A model generated the notes under the pieces. It made no database searches, was not told the DNA's origin, and saw only the letters and a program-made list of their open reading frames with translations. 64,000 bases of DNA. Source: Chara braunii (lineage: Eukaryota > Plantae > Charophyceae). Position numbers and translations under genes: made by a program. Within the stretch, counting starts at the first letter, position 1; each line of letters begins with the position of its first letter. The stretch is taken from positions 4,221,975 to 4,285,974 of the forward strand of contig BFEA01000029.1 of the NCBI GenBank assembly GCA_003427395.1. The letters are read 5' to 3'. Positions 58,188-64,000 of the stretch are shown here, piece after piece.

Positions 58188-61100
58188 ATGGTTAAGCTAT
58201 CTATGGCAACGTGGAATGTCAGGGGACTGGGGGACTCATCAGGGAGAAGGACGAAGAGCAGGAAAAAATCCTGGGTTTTCCGTAGTCATGTGGATATCCT
58301 ATGCATGCAAGAAACGAAGTTAGACGAGGAGAAACTGAGAGTAGGGGAAGATTGGTGGGACGAGCCGCAAGTCTGGTCACCGACGCGGGGCTCGAGGGGC
58401 GGAGTGAGCATCTTACTGCACAGGTCGTTTCAACCACAGGTGGTTGACGCAGAGGCAGACTTGTGGGGCTGGTGGGCATGGTTCAAGCTACAGTCCGGCA
58501 ACACAGATTGGGTCCTTATGACGATTTATGTGCCAGCTGATCCCAGTTCCAGGGTCACATTTTTTAGGACGCGGCTGTCGGTTATCCCAAAAACAGACCG
58601 GTTGGTTATCATAGGGGACTGGAACGTCTCTCTAGATGAAGCCTTGATGGAAGGGTCTCGCACTGCGGGTAGGAGGGATGTTGTAGCCCTACTGGACCTG
58701 ATGCAAAAAACTAGCCTATCAGATCCCTACCGCTCACTCAATGCTGCGGACTCCGGGTACACGTGGTTCTCCAACATCAGACGCGAGAGCGGGGAGGTGA
58801 CCCACAGAAGGCTGGACTACTTCCTCGCCTCCTCTTCGTTGACACAAGGCATAACAACAATCAGACCAGTGATGCACCCGATGTCGGATTATTGCCCGGT
58901 ACTGGCGGAGATGGTGCTCTCCCCATCGGTGGAGAGGAGAAAGGGATATTTTAAATTAAACTCAACCTCAAGGATCCCGGCTTGAAGCGATGGGTAGAAG
59001 AGCACATGGACTCCTGGAAATCGACAAGACAGGCATTTCAGTCTACAAAAGAGTGGTTTGATGGAGGGCTGGCAGTAATCTCATGCATGATGAGTGTCTG
59101 CTCAAACGTCCTACCTAAAGGCAGAAATATCGAAGAAGAGAAGTGCAGGAAGAGGGTGGAGGAGGCAGAACGGAGAATGGAAGCCCACCCAATCTCGGAA
59201 CTGGTCTGGGCAGCAGAAAGGGAGCGGAGGATGACAGAATGGGAGGGCTTGCAGGCGGCTTGGGAAGAGTTCCTGAGTATCAAAGGAATCATAGTTCAAG
59301 ACAGTCTCACCAAGGAAACTTTCAAGAAATTACTACCAAGCAGCTCGTTTCAGCAAATAGTAGAGCTGAAACACCCATTCGATGCCACACTACAGGGAGC
59401 CGAGTCAACGAGCGACATGTTGGAGTACGCACACTTATACTACGCCAATATCCTGACATCTCGAAGGGGCAGCGACTCAGCATCCGTGGATCTAGCTCAG
59501 GAATCAGACATGTGGAATGACACTGAGGTTCTACTGTCTGTCGAGGAAAGGTTGGCATTGGACCGTCCGATAACTGTGGAGGAGCTGACTCAGACTGTTA
59601 AAGAAATGGCATCCGGGAAGTGCCCAGGGATTAATGGACTGACGGTAGAGTTCTATAGAACTTGTTGGGAGGCGTTGGCACCAGCTATGGTAGAAGTGTT
59701 CAATGAAGTCCTGATTGACAGCAGGTTGGGGGAGGTGATGACCCATGGAGTCATCTCACTTCTGTTCAAGAAGGGGGACAAAGCCAGCATTCGAAACTAC
59801 AGGCCTTTCTCAGTCTTGAACGTGGATTACAAAATCCTTGCTAAGACGTTGGCTCTACGGTTAGGCAGAATTCTACCGAGATTAGTGGAGAACGATCAGG
59901 GGGCATTTGTCCAGGGCCGGTCTATATTTTTCAACATTTTGACGACAATTGAAGCATTGGAGGTGGTAAAGGCGGAAAACAACAATATAGCCATCTTGTT
60001 GTTGGACCTAAAGAAGGCATATGACAAGGTAGGCTGGCCAGTCGTTCTAACGACTCTGCGAAAACTGGGATATGGCCAGGGTTTCTGCAAATGGATAGTT
60101 GCTATGTACACCTTTGCCACCTCCTCGGTCGCGGTTAATGGGCACCTATCACGCCCTTTTAACCTGACCCGCTCTCTCAGGCAAGGGTGCCCACTGGCCC
60201 CGCTGCTGTTCGTCTTGCAACTAGAAGTTCCCCTGAACAAGATCAGGAAACACCCTGAAATCAGAGGCATTAGACTAACACAAGATAGAGATTGCAGGGT
60301 AAAGGCTATTGCCAATGATCTATTTATGGTGACAGAGAACACAACGTCTTCGCTGAATGCTCTGAAGTCAGTCCTCGCAGAGTACTCTATCCTTTTGGAA
60401 GCACTGGTGAATTGGTCCAAATCAACTTTCATTCTGCCAGAAGTGTACTCGCTGCAAGTGGAATGGGGCATGAAGAGGGTCTCCAGTTCCTCCAGCGAAC
60501 GGTTCCTAGGCGTCATGATCAACCTACAGGTGATGGGATCAGTACAAGGGTTCATCCTGCAGCAGAGAATCGTAGCTCGACTCCAGGTGTGGGGCCCAGC
60601 CGGTCACTCGTCTCTATTTGGTCGTGCTATAGTAGTCAATGTGGCTTTATGGACACTGTTGTGGTTTGTGGGTACAGTTAGAGAAATCTCTGCAGCAATC
60701 TTGACAGCGATCCAGAGATTGGAGGTCAGGTTTTTGTGGAAGCCAAGGGCAGGGATAGATGGGGGTTTCATCACAAAGGTGGGAGTTAATAACATATGAC
60801 AGAGAAGAAGGAGGTCTAAGTCTGATCGACCCACACAGGAAGAACGAGCTCAACTAAGAAATTGGATAGCCAAAGTAGCCACAGCAAAGCAAAGAAAGGA
60901 CTGGATACTGCTGGCAGAGCGCATCCTGATGAGAGAATGGGAGTTCTCCAGGCCAACAGACGTATGAGTGTGCTTCTTCATGCGCTCATTCATGAATAGG
61001 AGGTTGAAGTCAAAATTTTGGGAGGCCGTCCGCAAAGCATGGAAGGATCATCCACCGGACGTACGTGCAGAGCCAATCACGATGGAAGAAATCCTCCTCC

Positions 61101-62320
61101 AACCTCTCTTTGATAATCCGTCCATCCTTGATGAAAGAAGGCAACCATTTTCTGTCGGGACGGAGGTAGCATCGTTTGGATTGGCGTGGATCCGAAAGGG
61201 AATCAGCCAAGTTCGGGATCTATGGTCTACTTTGTTGGGCACTTGACGCCCCTTCGCAGAAGTAAAAGCTCAGCTGCAGAATCTGAAAAGGGTAGAGCAG
61301 AACTGAGAGAGACTGTTGGCAGCGATCCCGCTTACTTGGAGACAAAAGCTGGGTCCGGAGGGTATTGACCCGGTGGGTACTTGGTACCTCCCGCCCACCC
61401 AGTCAGCTAGAGAGATAGTGTGGAAAGTCCTGGACATCACACAAAGCGGTTTCAGAAAGGTCCAGGTTTGGGAGGTCGAAGATCGTCCCTCCTCAAAGCT
61501 GATCCAGATTGGGGAACAGGAAGTGAAGAGCTGGTCGAACCCCCCACAAATACGGGTTGTGGAGAGCTCAGTCAAGAGGAGGGATGAAACGGTGTATAAC
61601 TAGGTTGAAAGAGCACCTCTCAGAGATCTGATGATAGACCCTGTGGCTTGGAAATGGTCGGGAGGGACTTCAGGGCCCATGGACTTGATTTCCTTCTGAG
61701 TGAGAGAATCATACCGTAGAGCAGAGAGGCCTAGATCGCCTGCGTTGGTGGCTATTGCCAGATGGAGTGCATTCCTGACTGACGACTTACTGGGACAAGA
61801 GGCAAGGTTCAGGAAGTTGTGGAGGACATTGATAGAACTCCCCAACCCCAAACAGGCAACTGTACTTTGACTTCTATCACTGTTGGTAACACCGTCGTCA
61901 ATCTGGCTGGTAAGCAGGGGTATGGAGGTCAATATGGGTTGCACTCGCTGCACCTGGCCATTTGAGTCCACCAAACATGTGTGGTGGGACTGCCCAACTT
62001 CGAAGAGAGTCTGGCAATGGTGGGAAACTCACTGGAATTAGATGGGAGGAAGAGACATAGAATGGAACGAAAAGTGGGTGCTGCTGGGGTGTTCCAGAGG
62101 AGAGGACTGGGCTGAGAGGATGGGCGTACGTGGCACAAGTGGCCAGAGCGGTGATCTGCTCCGCAATATGGGCAGACAGGAACAGATCTCGCTTTGAAGG
62201 ATGACCGTTTTCGGTTGTGGAGATGAAGGCTTCAATCAAAAAAGGACTGAGGTAGGCTATCTGGGTCGATTGGAAAAGGAAGGTGAAACAAGGGAGAGAC
62301 TCCCATCAAGCAAGATGGCG
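58188..62320 (+). pseudogene. LINE ORF2 (APE-RT-zf-RVT), frameshifted
   Basis: ATWNVRGL, MQETK, IGDWN, RRLDYFL, QGAFVQGRSI, LDLKKAYDKV, LRQGCPLAPLLF, AIANDL (mutated ADD) and CTRCTWPFESTKHVWWDC. Confidence 0.95.
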
Positions 62321-64000
62321 GTTCTTGAAAACATGGGTCCAGGGGAACCGGTTGGTGGGCTTCCACAGTACCAGAGGGCTAATGATCACTCAGTGGCTAA
62401 TGTAACAGAAGACAAATAGGAGGGTGATCAGGTAAGGTATAGTGGGAAGCCTTACAGTAACCTGGGCACTCGGTTCTGAAGGCTTAGTAGTATACCCTGA
62501 GTGCCTCAGTGGAACCAGGTCACTCGGTTGGTAGGGTCACAGTGGACCAAGTAAGAGAGTGACGTAGGAGGATTGGACCCAGACCCCAGAGGGCCGGGTC
62601 CGCTGGGCCGTGGTAGTCCCAGTTGTAGGTAGCTCAGATAGGGTAGGAAAATTTTGTTCTTTATCAATACCTTAAGACCTCTGGTATGATGCTGCTAACC
62701 ACTTTAATAATTTTTCTTCAACAGGATATTGTAGTGACAGTAGGTTCACAGGATGAGCAAGGGTTATTCAAGGTCAGGAGATAGACCTTGTGTCAGGCGT
62801 AAGGCCTGTAAGCTAAGCTGGCTGATGTTGTTAGATATCTCCGGGTTGAATTGTGAGGTCTCCGGCCTCGGTTCTCTGTTTGTAATGAAGTTGTCACTGG
62901 TTATAAAAAAATAAATAAATAAAAATAAAAAATTATGTATGAAATTTTCTCATCCAAGTCTTATCTCCCTTTTTCTACCTATAAGAAATGCACCATAAGA
63001 CGCACTGCCCATTATATTGTGTTCCCACACACCAACCTTGCATAAGGTTGCCACCAAACCTTATCCCGCAAAGTGAAGATTCACTTACAACGCACGAGGT
63101 TGTTGATAATGATAGATTGAAATCGAAGGTGATTTAACTTGAGTTGTTGAATTCTCAAGCATTGGTTTCCCTCGTCTTACAAAATTTACCGACATTATTG
63201 TAATATTTCCTCATGCATTAACTTCACCTCCTACTGGAGAATACGTGAGATTTTGTGTCTCAAGGTATTATATTGGTTTGAGCATGACTTTACTGTTGAT
63301 TTGTTGAAAAATCCATTTGGGTAGTGTTGCCAGGTCGCAAAGGACCTTCGTATAGTTGATGTGAAGGTTCCTAACCTCCAATTGTTTGGGATATAGCACC
63401 TTGCAAATTGCTGAATGCGTCTTCAACTTTCCTCTTCAACTCCCTCTTCAGCAAGTCGTCTTAGTATGCAGAAAAACCCTGCATGTTTTGTAACTTTTTA
63501 TGTGTTGAGGAGTTTTTGACTTTCAATGACATGTCCCAGTGTGGAAAAAAAACGACAGTTTTTGTATCATCTAGTTTGTGTTGAAAAGTTTTGGACTTTC
63601 AATGAAACTTCTTGACAAGTTTCCACCCATATTTAATCCTGTATATCACATGTCTTCGATAGATCGGTATCAAAACGCAGGCTAACCACCTTTGAATTTT
63701 ATGCATCAAATTATAGGATGCGTATCTTTAAGATCTTGTTAATGATTCTTTCCACATTCGCAAAAAAAAACAACAACACTTCCATCGAGGGTACCTTGAT
63801 TGCGACCACATGAAAGGTATTGAAAGTATTTTGGTCAACTGCCTTCAGTCAATCTCAAAGTTCGTGTGCCGGACCCGCCGGGATGGCGGTCCGTTAGGAT
63901 GGAGACGAAGAAGGAGGCAGAGATGGAGCTGGAGGGGACAGCGCAGCTCCGACGCAGACTCCACACGCAAGTACTCCAAGATCTGCGAAAGTGAAGAATG

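Larger units (their letters stand above)
54781..62931 (+). mobile_element. Decayed near-full-length L1/Tx1-type LINE
   Basis: GC-rich 5' leader, ORF1, ORF2, 3' UTR and A-rich tail at 62904-62931. The 5' limit is approximate; a possible degraded TSD is AATTAT(A/G)TA(G/T)GAAA at 54741 and 62931. Confidence 0.93.

Overview
Repeat-saturated eukaryotic DNA with no intact host gene visible. Plant-type U6/U2, a chromovirus and a Naiad/Chlamys-like Penelope element point to a streptophyte alga such as Chara (inference). Contents: (1) A (TA)n hotspot at 8.4-15.8 kb with a 5'-truncated Penelope-like element (PLE). Its ORF ends in a Josephin-type deubiquitinase plus RING/IBR-like zinc fingers. It is surrounded by short insertions carrying a type III hammerhead ribozyme and by two hAT-like MITEs. 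(2) Two decayed near-full-length L1/Tx1-type LINEs (21.4-30.0 kb minus; 54.8-62.9 kb plus), plus LINE-made retrocopies: four U6 copies, one U2-like copy and a 2.8-kb non-coding poly(A) retrocopy. (3) Two Ty3/gypsy 3' halves fused back-to-back inside their integrases. (4) An 8.3-kb ORF-less TGT...ACA element with a 4-bp TSD, nested in a diverged relative (35.4-51.4 kb). Both carry arrays of hairpins with a near-invariant ACTTA loop and covarying stems, conserved structured blocks, and captured structural-RNA relics (U6 x2 or LSU rRNA) in the same slot. All homology calls are by-eye motif recognition, not database searches.
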